Source: an uncultured Desulfobacter sp.
Lineage (GTDB): Bacteria; Desulfobacterota; Desulfobacteria; Desulfobacterales; Desulfobacteraceae
Reading direction: 5' to 3'
DNA length: 64,000 nt
Assembly: GCA_963665095.1 (NCBI GenBank)
Contig: OY762069.1
Coordinates: 928,001-992,000 of the forward strand
How positions within the stretch are numbered: position 1 is the first letter of the stretch; every line of letters starts with the position of its first letter. The notes under the pieces were generated by a model. That model was not told the origin of the DNA and did no database searches. It saw only the letters and a list, made by a program, of their open reading frames with translations. Below, piece after piece: positions 1-9,746 of the stretch. The position numbers were made by a program, and so were the translations under genes.

Positions 1-203
1 ATACGCAGTGTGGCTGCACTCCAGCCAAGTTCGTTTTGACAGCTAAGCCAATATTGACGCAGCTGTTCTTCGCTGATATCTTCTAAGGGTTGATTGTAAA
101 ACCGCTGCAGCTTTAAAACTGCGCCGGTATAGGATTGAATGCTGCGGTCAGCATATCCTGCTAACTGGAGGTCTTCTTTAAAACGTTTGATTAATTTGCT
201 CGT
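1..203 (-). CDS. Tyrosine recombinase N-terminal (SAM-like) domain of the type paired with IS91-family transposases; runs off the window edge; start codon reads ACG
   Basis: Manual translation: (T)SKLIKRFKEDLQLAGYADRSIQSYTGAVLKLQRFYNQPLEDISEEQLRQYWLSCQNELGWSAATLR. An AAAGGAAG RBS-like sequence precedes the ACG at 203-201. Confidence 0.7.
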
Positions 204-328
204 GGTATCTTCCTTTCTTCTTTAACCTTGTCGGGCGGAAGATACCGACCTGCAAACCGGTAATTAGAAGATACCATGAGCAATGTAATTGAACAATGCT
301 GCGAGGCGGAGCCTGCGCGTAGCGCTTA

Positions 329-453
329 CTTGAACAAGCCGTTGCAGCCGATCCGGGGTTCTAGCGGCTTTTTGAAAGTGCTCGGTTTTCGAAAATGTTT
401 GGCTTTTACAATCTGCTCGGCACAAGCCCCGGGCGGCTGAACTACACGTTATA
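329..453 (+). other. attC site (long, ~125 nt); R' split by a group II intron
   Basis: CTTGAAC...GCCGATCCGGGG/CCCCGGGCGGC hairpin...GTTATA|intron|C. Confidence 0.85.
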
Positions 454-2707
454 GTGCGACACGATGTTGCATGATTGTATGTATAGGAGGTAAATGTAAG
501 ACACTGAATATACTCGGTGTATCCCCACCGGTTCCCTAGGTGAGCGTGCTATCGTTGCGCTGATGACGGGGTGCGAAGCCTCACCGACAATGTACCGAAT
601 CGGGTTTGAATGGCGACAGGAGAACCCCTCCGGAAATCCCATCCGGTTAAGGGCTAGGGTCGGACAATATGGCAAGATTAATCGAAGAGCTTTAAGCGCC
701 GTCAGTGAGCGCCTAACCTACTGGGATTAACAGGTTATATGTATACTTCCCTGCGTTTGTATACATGAACAGGATGCAAGTCTTCTAACTGCTTGCACGG
801 GATCTTAAGTTTCATCGGCGTAGAGGCCTGCCTAAGTTGTCCATTAAGAGCAATCATGTGGAACGTGGAAACGTTGTCACTCCCCATGTGCAATACATGG
901 AAAGCTAACCGCAAGGCAAGCCTGTGGAGGGGCAGCAGTAAGAATTCGGAAAAAAGCAAACGCCGTTTTGTAATGAAACGGATAGAGCATGAAACATGGC
1001 TCACGTAAAACCCAAAACCTTCGATTTTGGAGACATGCGTGCAGACGTCCGATTGGTGTTGACTTGCGAGAGAATTTGGAGAACCGCTTAAGATGGGAAA
1101 GCAAATGACGGCTTCGGCTGGTGCACCTGTCGACTCTGCTAAGAAATGGGCATCCATTGTTTGGAACAAAGCCCGGGCTGAAGTTAGAAGGCTGCAAATG
1201 CGTATCGCAAAGGCTGTAAAGGAAGAAAGATGGGGCAAAGTCAAAGCCCTTCAGTACTTACTTACTCATTCGTTCTACGCCAAGGCCTTGGCTGTCAAAC
1301 GAGTGACCTCAAATAAAGGGAAAAAGACTCCAGGCGTAGACGGTGTTTTATGGAAAGGCGCCCGAGCCAAATGGCAGGCTGTTTTCAGCCTGCAAAGACG
1401 AGGTTATAGACCGCAACCGCTAAGGCGGATTTATATCCCCAAAAAAAACGGTAAGAAACGTCCTTTAAGCATTCCAACAATGCTTTGCAGAGCTATGCAG
1501 GCGCTGTTCAAGTTAGCCTTGGCCCCAGTAGCGGAGACCATAGGAGATCGTAATTCTTACGGCTTCCGTGAAGGCCGCAGTTGTGCAGATGCAATTGCAG
1601 CAGCGTTCAATGCACTCTCCAAGCCTAATTCGGCTACATGGATATTGGAAGCGGACATCAAAGGGTGTTATGACAACATCAGTCAGGAATGGATGTTGGA
1701 AAATATCCCCATGGACAAAGTCGTTCTTAAAAAGTGGTTGACGGCAGGGTATGTGGAAGACGGCAAGCTATACCCTTCGCGCAAAGGAACCCCACAGGGC
1801 GGGATTATCAGTCCCACCTTGTCGAATTTAACCCTCGACGGACTGGAAAAAGCCGTTCATGATGCAGTTCCCCGCCGATGCAGGGTTAATTTTGTTCGAT
1901 ATGCAGATGACTTTATCGTCACAGGCAAGTCCAAACGCCTGCTCGAAGAACAGGTCAAACCCGCAGTCGAAGCGTTTCTAACTGAACGTGGTCTATCATT
2001 ATCTGAAGAAAAGACCATGATCACGCATATAACAGACGGATTTACGTTCCTTGGCCAAACTTTTCGAAAAACCGGAAATGTACTGCACATCACCCCGGCA
2101 AAAAAGGGAGTTCTCGCCTTTAAAGAAAAGCTCAGTGAACTGATCCATAAACATGCCGGCGGTCCATTGGAACCATTGGTCAAAAAGTTAAACCAGACCC
2201 TCCGGGGTTGGGGAAACTATCACCGGCACGTAGTCTCATCGGAAACATTTTCTCTTATTGATACGTTTGTTTACGAACAGCTGTGGAGAATGATTAAAAA
2301 GCGTCACCGGAAGAAATCCTCAAAATGGTTGAAAAACCGTTACTGGACTGACGGAAAACACAAGTGGATATTCACTGTCAAGAGCCGAAATAAAAAAGGG
2401 CCTTGCAGATATCACGTCATTCACCTAATTTCACTAGGGATAAAACGATATATCAAAATTAAAGCAGATGCAAATCCATATGATCCCGAATACAGCTATT
2501 ATTTCTGGCGTAGACGGAATCAAAAGGAGTCACGGTTACTCCCTACGCTGTCAGCCAGGGAATACCGCCAAACGCAAGCTGCATGAGGTAAACAGCCGGG
2601 GCGTCCCACAAGGTCGTCCTTTATAAACGCTTGAGCCGTATGACGGGAAACTGTCACGTACGGTTCTTAGGGGGGAAAGGGGCAGAGATGCCCCTGACCT
2701 ACCCGAT
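454..2707 (+). mobile_element. Full-length group II intron (CL/IIB-like) inserted in the attC R' box
   Basis: 5' GTGCGACACG; domain V GAGCCGTATGACGGGAAACTGTCACGTACGGTTC; 3' end ACCCGAT. Removing it restores GTTATAC, the exact complement of this cassette's R'' GTATAAC (4244-4250). Confidence 0.92.
1093..2586 (+). CDS. ltrA: Group II intron reverse transcriptase/maturase with no HNH endonuclease domain
   Basis: RVT_N-like VRRLQMRIAKA, GKKTPGVDG, GTPQGGIISP, YADD and maturase region; ends after NPYDPEY with no Cys/His En motif. Confidence 0.95.
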   Translation: MGKQMTASAGAPVDSAKKWASIVWNKARAEVRRLQMRIAKAVKEERWGKVKALQYLLTHSFYAKALAVKRVTSNKGKKTPGVDGVLWKGARAKWQAVFSLQRRGYRPQPLRRIYIPKKNGKKRPLSIPTMLCRAMQALFKLALAPVAETIGDRNSYGFREGRSCADAIAAAFNALSKPNSATWILEADIKGCYDNISQEWMLENIPMDKVVLKKWLTAGYVEDGKLYPSRKGTPQGGIISPTLSNLTLDGLEKAVHDAVPRRCRVNFVRYADDFIVTGKSKRLLEEQVKPAVEAFLTERGLSLSEEKTMITHITDGFTFLGQTFRKTGNVLHITPAKKGVLAFKEKLSELIHKHAGGPLEPLVKKLNQTLRGWGNYHRHVVSSETFSLIDTFVYEQLWRMIKKRHRKKSSKWLKNRYWTDGKHKWIFTVKSRNKKGPCRYHVIHLISLGIKRYIKIKADANPYDPEYSYYFWRRRNQKESRLLPTLSAREYRQTQAA

Positions 2708-2741
2708 CAATAGATATGTTAAATAAAATTGGAGCAAACAA

Positions 2742-4214
2742 ATGGAAGAGCAAAAAACACATAGGCTGTGGGTTCCTGTTGAATTCAGTCAAGAATGGCT
2801 TGAGTGTGATACTTCTACGATAGATGATATATCCCCTTCATGGATTGACAGAAGGGAAATCCTTCAAACTAACTCAAAAGAATATCAGGAATTTATTACC
2901 GAACTCAAACGTGAACATGCAATTGAGACCGGAATTGTAGAACGAATGTACGATCTTGAAAAAGGCATAACTGAGACATTTATCAAAAAAGGGTTTGTTG
3001 AATCATACATTAGTCATAATGATACAAACGTTCCAGTTCCGAAATTGCTTTCTCATTTATCCGATCATCTTGATGCAGTTGATTTTGTCTTTGATGTAGT
3101 TAAAGAAAATAGAGATTTAACAATTGGTTTTATAAAAGAACTTCATGCACTCGTAACTCGTAACCAGGAGTATGCCGAAGGAAGAGACCAATTTGGCAGT
3201 AGAACTAAAATAGATCTGAGAAAAGGTGCTTTCAAAATCCTTGAAAATAATCCAACTCGTGAAGATGGAACTAAAATATTATATTGTCCACCTGATCATG
3301 TTCAGGCCGAAATGGATAATCTGATTTCTATTTACAATGATGCCGAGAATAAAAACATCCATCCATTAATTTGTGCTACCTGGTTTCACCATGCATTCAC
3401 TACAATTCACCCATTTCAAGATGGCAATGGTCGTATTGCAAGACTAATTGCAAGTTTGATTTTGATTAAACATGGCCTTTTTCCTTTTACAGTTCTAAGA
3501 GAAGAGGCCAAAGCTAAATATATTGATGCTCTTGAAAAGGCCGATGCACATGAATTTCAACCTCTAATAGACTATTTTGCCGAAGTCCAAAAAAGACATA
3601 TTGAAAAGGCTCTAAATCTAAAAGAGGTTTCAAGCTCATCATTTGATGAAGTAGCAGATATATTTTCAGGCAAGATTGAGAATTGGCAAAAGAAAAAGGT
3701 TGCTGAGAGAGAGAAACTGCTTGATAAAGCCAGAATAGATGTTTTTAACTTTTGCCTCAAACATTTGAATCAGATTTCTGATCAACTTAGCGCCAAACTC
3801 AATGGAAATGCGAACATTACTATTCAAAAATGTTCCCCAGATAAGGATGAAAGACAAGATTTTTATTATGGTCAAATAATTAAATACGCTAAGAAACATG
3901 ATTACTATTTTAACAGGAATTTTCCAAAGGGTTGGTTAACTTTTAGAGTTGAATTAGCAGAAAATAAAAAATATCAACTTTGTGTTACTATCCACCACTA
4001 TGGCTATGAGGATAGCACCTTAGCTATTGGAGCATTTCTTGAATATTTGATACCTCATGAAAGCAATGATCGAATAGACGAAGCCCTTCCCTTAGAAATT
4101 AAACCTCATGTTATTTCCCTGACTGGAGATATAATGACGAAAGAAAAGAACATCGCAGTTTTTATAAAAAATGCAGTTACCTTAACTATGGCTCAAATTG
4201 CAAGTGAACTATAG
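2742..4214 (+). CDS. Fic family protein (cassette gene)
   Basis: HPFQDGNGRIAR matches the canonical Fic motif. Confidence 0.9.
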   Translation: MEEQKTHRLWVPVEFSQEWLECDTSTIDDISPSWIDRREILQTNSKEYQEFITELKREHAIETGIVERMYDLEKGITETFIKKGFVESYISHNDTNVPVPKLLSHLSDHLDAVDFVFDVVKENRDLTIGFIKELHALVTRNQEYAEGRDQFGSRTKIDLRKGAFKILENNPTREDGTKILYCPPDHVQAEMDNLISIYNDAENKNIHPLICATWFHHAFTTIHPFQDGNGRIARLIASLILIKHGLFPFTVLREEAKAKYIDALEKADAHEFQPLIDYFAEVQKRHIEKALNLKEVSSSSFDEVADIFSGKIENWQKKKVAEREKLLDKARIDVFNFCLKHLNQISDQLSAKLNGNANITIQKCSPDKDERQDFYYGQIIKYAKKHDYYFNRNFPKGWLTFRVELAENKKYQLCVTIHHYGYEDSTLAIGAFLEYLIPHESNDRIDEALPLEIKPHVISLTGDIMTKEKNIAVFIKNAVTLTMAQIASEL

Positions 4215-4243
4215 CGAACTATGAAAAGAAGAGAGCAATAAAT

Positions 4244-4250
4244 GTATAAC
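4244..4250 (+). other. attC R'' box of the Fic cassette, separated from an attC body by an IS91 remnant
   Basis: GTATAAC is complementary to GTTATAC at the cassette start. Confidence 0.7.
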
Positions 4251-5396
4251 AAGGTTATGTACGATATCGAGCACTGCCGACGCGGAGAATTTGGCACCCA
4301 CTGGGAGCTATGCGACACATGCGGCCACCTTGAAAAAGGATACAACTCCTGCCGAAACCGCCATTGTCCGGGTTGAAACAATATCGCCCGTCACAGATGG
4401 GTGACGGCCAGGATCAACGATCTGCTTCCGGTGTCCTATCACCACTGCGTTTTCACATTGCCGGATATCTTCAACCCTTTGTGCCGGTTCAACCGGCGGG
4501 TAATGTATGACCTGTTGTTTGAAAGCGCCTCCCAGACCCTGCTGGAATTCGGGGAGAATCCAAAGCGTCTTGGAGCCAAGATCGGGTTCTACGGTATCCT
4601 CCACACCTGGGGCGGCAAACTCTGGCTGCATCCCCACATCCATTTCATTGTCACTGCAGGCGGAATAAACACTTATGGGGAATGGGTGGAGCCCAAGTAC
4701 AGCTCAACATTCCTGTTTCCGGTCAAAGCGCTTTCAAATGTATTCAGGGCAAAGTTCCTTAACGGCCTTATTGCAGCCCACGGTCGAGGACGATTAAACA
4801 TCCCGGATGAACTGGCTCATTTTTCAAAACCCTGCGCATTCAGGCAATGGCTGTACCATACCGCTCCAAAAGACTGGGTGGTATATTCCAAACCACCATT
4901 CTCAGGTCCAGCCGAAGTCGTTAAATATATCGGTAGATACACCCATTCAACAGCCATCAGCAACAACAGGATTATATCCGTTAACAACGAGACTGTGGAG
5001 TTCTGGTTTAAAAACACCCGGAATAAATCCAAGTGGGAAACAACTTCTTTACCGGTAATGAGCTTCATTGATCGTTTCCTTTTGCATGTTCTTCCAAAAC
5101 ACTTTCATCGGATCAGATATTATGGGTTTCTGGCCAACGGGCAGGCAGGGCGAAATATATCGGAAATACGCCAGGCATTGAATGACCGGGATACCCCTGA
5201 TCCTGAACCCCTGAAAGAACAGACGCCTCAATGCCCGGCCTGCGGCAAAGGGAACATGATAACGATCCTGGTGCTGGACGGTCATGGCAACGTGGTGAAA
5301 GACGACTTACCAAAAACCAAGGCCAAGCAAATTCCGGCTAAATCAGGGGAACCATTAAAAGCTTTACTTTGGAAACAATTACCGATATCAAAATAG
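4251..5396 (+). pseudogene. IS91-family (HUH rolling-circle) transposase, 5'-truncated with an internal stop
   Basis: KVMYDIEHCRRG...CDTCGH...YNSCRNRHCPG* Zn-binding domain, then HCVFTLP, LHTWG...HPHIH, YIGRY, FHRIRYYGFL. Confidence 0.9.
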
Positions 5397-5613
5397 GCAG
5401 TTCCCTGTCAGGGACTCGTATCGGCAATCCGCTCCGGTACCAGGTTTTTCGGCTCTTTTTCAAGCCTGACCGGATAAAATAGAAGGAAGAATCTTAATGC
5501 TCACTCAATTTTACCAGGCAAATTTTAAAATCTGTGCTGTTAAATCTAAGTTTGAAAAAAAGGATTCCCCTGCTTTTACCCAAGAAATCAACTGCGAGGC
5601 TTCGACCCGGTTA

Positions 5614-5702
5614 ATGTAACAAAGAGTTGAAGACGGAAAAATACCCGCCGGGTTTTACGTTGTTTTTGGGTTATAATTTTTCCGCTTAACTCAACGTTGC
5701 AC
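5614..5702 (+). other. attC site directly after the IS91 element end
   Basis: ATGTAAC AAAGAGTTGAAGACGGAAAAAT...ATTTTTCCGCTTAACTCAAC GTTGCAC imperfect palindrome. Confidence 0.75.
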
Positions 5703-5737
5703 TAAAGAACACTATACCTGTATTGCTGAGAACATAT

Positions 5738-6538
5738 ATGAATGATTCTGAAATTACTTTTGAATTAAAAGGTTGGAGTGGTGTTGCAGTTGTCGTAGGT
5801 CTTATCATTTTCGGGTTGGTGGGGCATCATTATATGTACAACTACAACCCGGAATTGGAGGAATTGACCCAAGCTTTGCAGTCGGATGATCCATCAGTGA
5901 TCGGAAAGGCTTTGTACGAATCAGGTAGGTTTACGATGGGCAAGGGGCATAAGCTCATTCCCTACATTCTGCCTCACCTTAGCGACGATAGAGATTTGCC
6001 TGAAAAGTTGAAACAAAAGATTATTAAAGGGATCCAATCCACATCCGGCAGCATTCCAGGAGTAGAATCAGATTTAGGGGGAATTTTTAGCATTGGTTTC
6101 ACTGCAGCACTAACGCTTCAAAGCTTGGTAATAAAGGATGTGGAAAATAAGCGATGGATCGGCGGTAAATATCGAGCTCTAATTGTTGAATATATCCTTG
6201 ATGAGATTGGGCCATATAGCGATGAATTCATATTAAAAAATGGACTCTGGGCGGTAAATCAAATTCATGATGAGAGGTTGGTTCCATTTTGGTTTCAATG
6301 TCTGGAAATAGAGTCTGAATCCATTCGGTCACCAGCCCTTTCCGGATTATATTACTATATCTACGATAGAAACCATGGTTTATTTACATGGCATCCAGAA
6401 AAGGAAATCGACGCAAATATGATTGAAAATCTGAAATCTTGCTTATTTGATAATTCTGAGCTTGTGCGCAGATCTGCATCGCTTGTGACGAATGCGTTAG
6501 CTGAGGCCGGTTTGGATGTAATGGGTATAGACAACTAA
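5738..6538 (+). CDS. Hypothetical membrane-anchored protein with HEAT-like repeats (cassette gene)
   Basis: N-terminal hydrophobic helix; LQSDDPSVIGKAL and LFDNSELVRRSA repeats; flanked by attC sites. Confidence 0.65.
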   Translation: MNDSEITFELKGWSGVAVVVGLIIFGLVGHHYMYNYNPELEELTQALQSDDPSVIGKALYESGRFTMGKGHKLIPYILPHLSDDRDLPEKLKQKIIKGIQSTSGSIPGVESDLGGIFSIGFTAALTLQSLVIKDVENKRWIGGKYRALIVEYILDEIGPYSDEFILKNGLWAVNQIHDERLVPFWFQCLEIESESIRSPALSGLYYYIYDRNHGLFTWHPEKEIDANMIENLKSCLFDNSELVRRSASLVTNALAEAGLDVMGIDN

Positions 6539-6545
6539 AATAATT

Positions 6546-6607
6546 GCATAACCAGGGCATAAAGGGCAACGGCAAAAAACCGCCGTGCCTTATGCCTGCC
6601 GTTATAG
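6546..6607 (+). other. attC site (short, 62 nt, intact)
   Basis: GCATAAC CAGGGCATAAAGGGCAACGGC...GCCGTGCCTTATGCCTGCC GTTATAG. Confidence 0.9.
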
Positions 6608-6626
6608 CTAAAATGGAGATCGTGAC

Positions 6627-7481
6627 TTGAATAACAAAGAGATACATGTAGATTTACTGTTTCCGGATCTAAATTGGGATGAAGTTAAAATACATGTAGC
6701 TCAAAAGGCAGGTCAAACCCGTCCAATTGATGTATTCACAAAAAGTTTTGATGAATGGCAAAATAATTGGAATGGAGATTTTCATTCCAATCACTGCTGG
6801 AATAGAAAGTATATATTCTCAATTATTGAAATACCCAATGAGCCTGATCGATGGCTGTTTGGGGGCATTTTTCAGGTTCTCTCCCACGAACCAGGGACGT
6901 CTTCGGATAAAAAAGGCGTATTTTATAAAGTGAAACTGAGCCAATATGGAGACTCTCTTATTGGACGCCTAATAATCCGATGGATAAAAGATGCGAGGGC
7001 GAAAGGTCGTAAGCCTGAAGGTATGCTATCAAGTATGTCTGTGGCAGAAATTTTGCCGGAGTCCTACATAGGAGAGGATTTCCCTGGTTATGCAAACATA
7101 AATCACAATTACGCAATATTAGAAAAATTATGGAATGATTCCAAACCAGATTGGGTAGCAGCATTAATGCACTGCCAAGGAGTGTATTTAATAACGGACA
7201 CCAATACTGGTTTACGCTATGTTGGGTCCGCCTATGGTGAAGAAGGTATCTGGTCAAGGTGGGGAACCTATTTTCAGACAGGGGGTCACGGCAATAATAA
7301 ATTGTTGAAAAAGCACCTTAGTGGCGAAAATAAGGGGGTTAATTATGCAAGGGAGTATTTCCAAATTAGCCTGTTAGAGCAAGCGTCTTCGCGTGATAAT
7401 GAGCAGTATATAATAAAAAGAGAAAGTTATTGGAAAGAAGTCTTGCTTTCTCGTAGCGAGTACGGTCTTAATGACAACTGA
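6627..7481 (+). CDS. GIY-YIG nuclease family protein (cassette gene)
   Basis: GVYLITDTNTGLRYVGSAYG...RW...RESYWK...YGLNDN. Confidence 0.85.
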   Translation: MNNKEIHVDLLFPDLNWDEVKIHVAQKAGQTRPIDVFTKSFDEWQNNWNGDFHSNHCWNRKYIFSIIEIPNEPDRWLFGGIFQVLSHEPGTSSDKKGVFYKVKLSQYGDSLIGRLIIRWIKDARAKGRKPEGMLSSMSVAEILPESYIGEDFPGYANINHNYAILEKLWNDSKPDWVAALMHCQGVYLITDTNTGLRYVGSAYGEEGIWSRWGTYFQTGGHGNNKLLKKHLSGENKGVNYAREYFQISLLEQASSRDNEQYIIKRESYWKEVLLSRSEYGLNDN

Positions 7482-7486
7482 TGAGG

Positions 7487-8400
7487 CTATAACAAAACGC
7501 TGCTCGTGCCCAGATAAATCCGAATCGTTGGGATTCCACGGAATAGGAGGATGAAACTCGATATTGTTACCCAGTGGGTGAAAGTCCCACATGAGCAAAG
7601 CATAGCCGGCAGCTCATTAGTGAAATCCACAGGCAAAACTGGTAACGGAAGTCTGATGCTGGATGGAACAAGATTGCAGGCTCTGTACTGAGCCCCGAAA
7701 AATGTATAGTTGTGGTCCACTAGGATAAACCCTGCTTGCAGGGGGAAAGCCGACGCATTGTAGCGTGACGGAAGGCAGCAGACTTACAGATGCTATGGCA
7801 AGCCTGTAAGTCACCACCGGGGTCTTCGACCAGGGCATGTTCTCAAAGGGGTAGCTCAGGAACTGGGGAGAGCCGGTTGGTTCCTTGCAGAAACAGAACG
7901 GTATCAGGAGTTCCAGCCATGGGCAAAATCCCGGCATCTGTATGGAAACCCTATCCTGCAGATGAGTTCACCACTGGTGAAGACACAAACGTTAAAGCAG
8001 GGCAATACGCCACGAAAGCCTGGAAGCACTGGCTTGGCCGAAGGCACCGAAACGGTAAACTTAACTTCAAGAAGTTTAGCAGACTTCTTAATTGGTACCC
8101 ATTACCGCGGCCTCGAATTGTTCACAATATCTAAAAGGACCTGCAGGGCAGCAAAGTTATGCGCCGATCAGGGTGTCGCCTGATTGGTTGACGGCTCGGT
8201 AAAAAGAGCCTGAATCGAGGAACCGTATGAGGGAAATCTTCACGTACGGATCTGTGGGGAGGGCGTCGGGTAACCGATGCCTTTACCCGGAAGGCCGACC
8301 CGGGGTTCTATCGGCTTTTCGAAAGTCCTTGGTTTTCGAAAAACCTTGGCTTTTACAATCTGCTCGGCCAAGCCACGGGCGGCTGAACTACACGTTATGT
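7487..8400 (+). other. attC site (~126 nt when reconstituted) split by a class E-like intron
   Basis: R'' CTATAAC (complement of GTTATAG at 6601); body 8292-8400 nearly identical to attC 329-453; R' GTTATGT. Confidence 0.85.
7504..8291 (+). mobile_element. Class E-like group II intron with almost the whole ORF deleted
   Basis: (TC)GTGCCCAGATAAATCC 5' end; domain V GAGGAACCGTATGAGGGAAATCTTCACGTACGG; ends TACCCGGA; residual ORF tail AWKHWL...PLPRPRIVHNI. Confidence 0.85.
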
Positions 8401-8467
8401 GGCCTGAGATCATCAACGTAATTGAATACAAAAGCATGTAAGTAAAAATAAATTTATTGGAGGTATC

Positions 8468-8938
8468 ATGAAAAAAAAACTAACGGTATTTATTTTGATT
8501 CTTTTTACATCAGTAGCATCGGCACAGGATTTTTCATCTCTTTTTCCATTTGAAAAATTTTCGAAGTGGATGAATTCAACTCCTCTTAAGGGTTATCAGG
8601 CGGCTGGTGTAGATGATATGTCTACCGATACATCTGTTTCAGACAGAAAATATCGAGCAATTTTCACTGGTAATCAGGGAATGATTAATGTCCAACTCAG
8701 TCAAGGAAAATTTTTTGATGATTATAAGCACAGCAACGATTTCAAAAATGTAAAGCCTTTTAATAAAAAAGGATTTGAAACAGTATACCTCAGCAAGTCC
8801 CAAATGCCTATGTCTCTTATTAGGGTAAAAATTCCTAAATACAAAGCGACATTCTCGATTATGGCGTCACCCAAAAAAGATAAAAAGACAATGGAAACCT
8901 TACTTGAACAAATAGAACTTTATAGATATATAAAATAA
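8468..8938 (+). CDS. Hypothetical exported protein (cassette gene)
   Basis: Signal peptide MKKKLTVFILILFTSVASA; GGAGG RBS; bounded by GTTATGT/ACATAAC. Confidence 0.8.
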   Translation: MKKKLTVFILILFTSVASAQDFSSLFPFEKFSKWMNSTPLKGYQAAGVDDMSTDTSVSDRKYRAIFTGNQGMINVQLSQGKFFDDYKHSNDFKNVKPFNKKGFETVYLSKSQMPMSLIRVKIPKYKATFSIMASPKKDKKTMETLLEQIELYRYIK

Positions 8939-9005
8939 TTCTCTTATTTTATTATGCAACATCTAAACATATTCTATTATGGAATTTATAAAAAGAGAAC
9001 TTCAC

Positions 9006-9065
9006 ACATAACCATAAAAATCCAGCGGACGCAAAAAGACGCGCCGCTGATTTTTGGCGTTATCA
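9006..9065 (+). other. attC site (short, 60 nt, intact)
   Basis: ACATAAC CATAAAAATCCAGCGGACGC...GCGCCGCTGATTTTTGGC GTTATCA. Confidence 0.9.
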
Positions 9066-9083
9066 TTTAAAACCATCTCCATC

Positions 9084-9120
9084 TTGACTCGAATACGTCA
9101 ATGGCGTATTGCTGTATTAT
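9084..9120 (+). promoter_or_regulatory. Promoter/operator of the toxin-antitoxin cassette
   Basis: TTGACT at 9084; inverted repeat AATACG-N7-CGTATT at 9092-9110; ATG at 9119 with no RBS. Confidence 0.55.
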
Positions 9121-9432
9121 GGAATTCATTGAAACATCAATATTTACAAAGCAAGTCCTGAAGCTACTACCTGACTCAAGTTATCGAATATTGCAATCTA
9201 CTTTGATGTTAAATCCAGGTGCAGGGGCAATGATTAAAGGAAGTGGAGGGATTCGCAAAATTCGTTTGAAGTTACCTGGTTCAGGCAAAGGGGGGCGTTA
9301 CGGGTGATTTATTATTTCGATCAACCTGAAACGATTTACATGCTATTCATGTACAAGAAAAACGAACAAGAAGATTTAACCCCTGAACAAGTCAAAATCT
9401 TGAAAAAAGCATTAAAGGAGAATTTATTATGA
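9119..9432 (+). pseudogene. higB: RelE/HigB2-like toxin with a 1-nt frameshift at a G run (9290-9295)
   Basis: MEFIETSIFTK...GSGGIRKIR...GK, then in the -1 frame GALRVIYYFDQPETIYMLFMYKKNEQEDLT...; stop overlaps the antitoxin ATG (ATGA). Confidence 0.85.
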
Positions 9433-9719
9433 GAAACGAAGATTTTGATATGTTGCTTTCGAGCATAAAAGAAGCTGGCGATATAAAAAGCGGAAAAAAG
9501 AAACCAAGTAGAGTTTTTGAGATTGACCCCCCTGAAATTAAAATGGTTCGAAAAACTTTGAGTGTTTCACAATCGGAATTTGCCATGATGATAGGAGTGA
9601 GCGTAAGAACGCTTCAAAATTGGGAACAAGGAAGAAGGAAACCCGAAGGTCCTGCAAAAGCCTTGTTACGTATTGCCTCGAAAAATCCCAGAGCGGTACT
9701 TGAGGCCCTTCATGTTTGA
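9429..9719 (+). CDS. higA: HigA2-like HTH-XRE antitoxin
   Basis: SQSEFAMMIGVSVRTLQNWEQGRRKPEGPAKALL. Confidence 0.85.
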   Translation: MRNEDFDMLLSSIKEAGDIKSGKKKPSRVFEIDPPEIKMVRKTLSVSQSEFAMMIGVSVRTLQNWEQGRRKPEGPAKALLRIASKNPRAVLEALHV

Positions 9720-9746
9720 TAAAAAATTATGATAACAATACGCTCG

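Noticed and set aside
1..203. Integron integrase intI at the head of the array
   Set aside because: The position and divergent orientation are tempting, but the N-terminus resembles IS91-associated recombinases (EDLQL.GY...ISEEQLRQY) rather than IntI (HYS.RTE..Y...KRHP). It is followed by an attC, not an attI.
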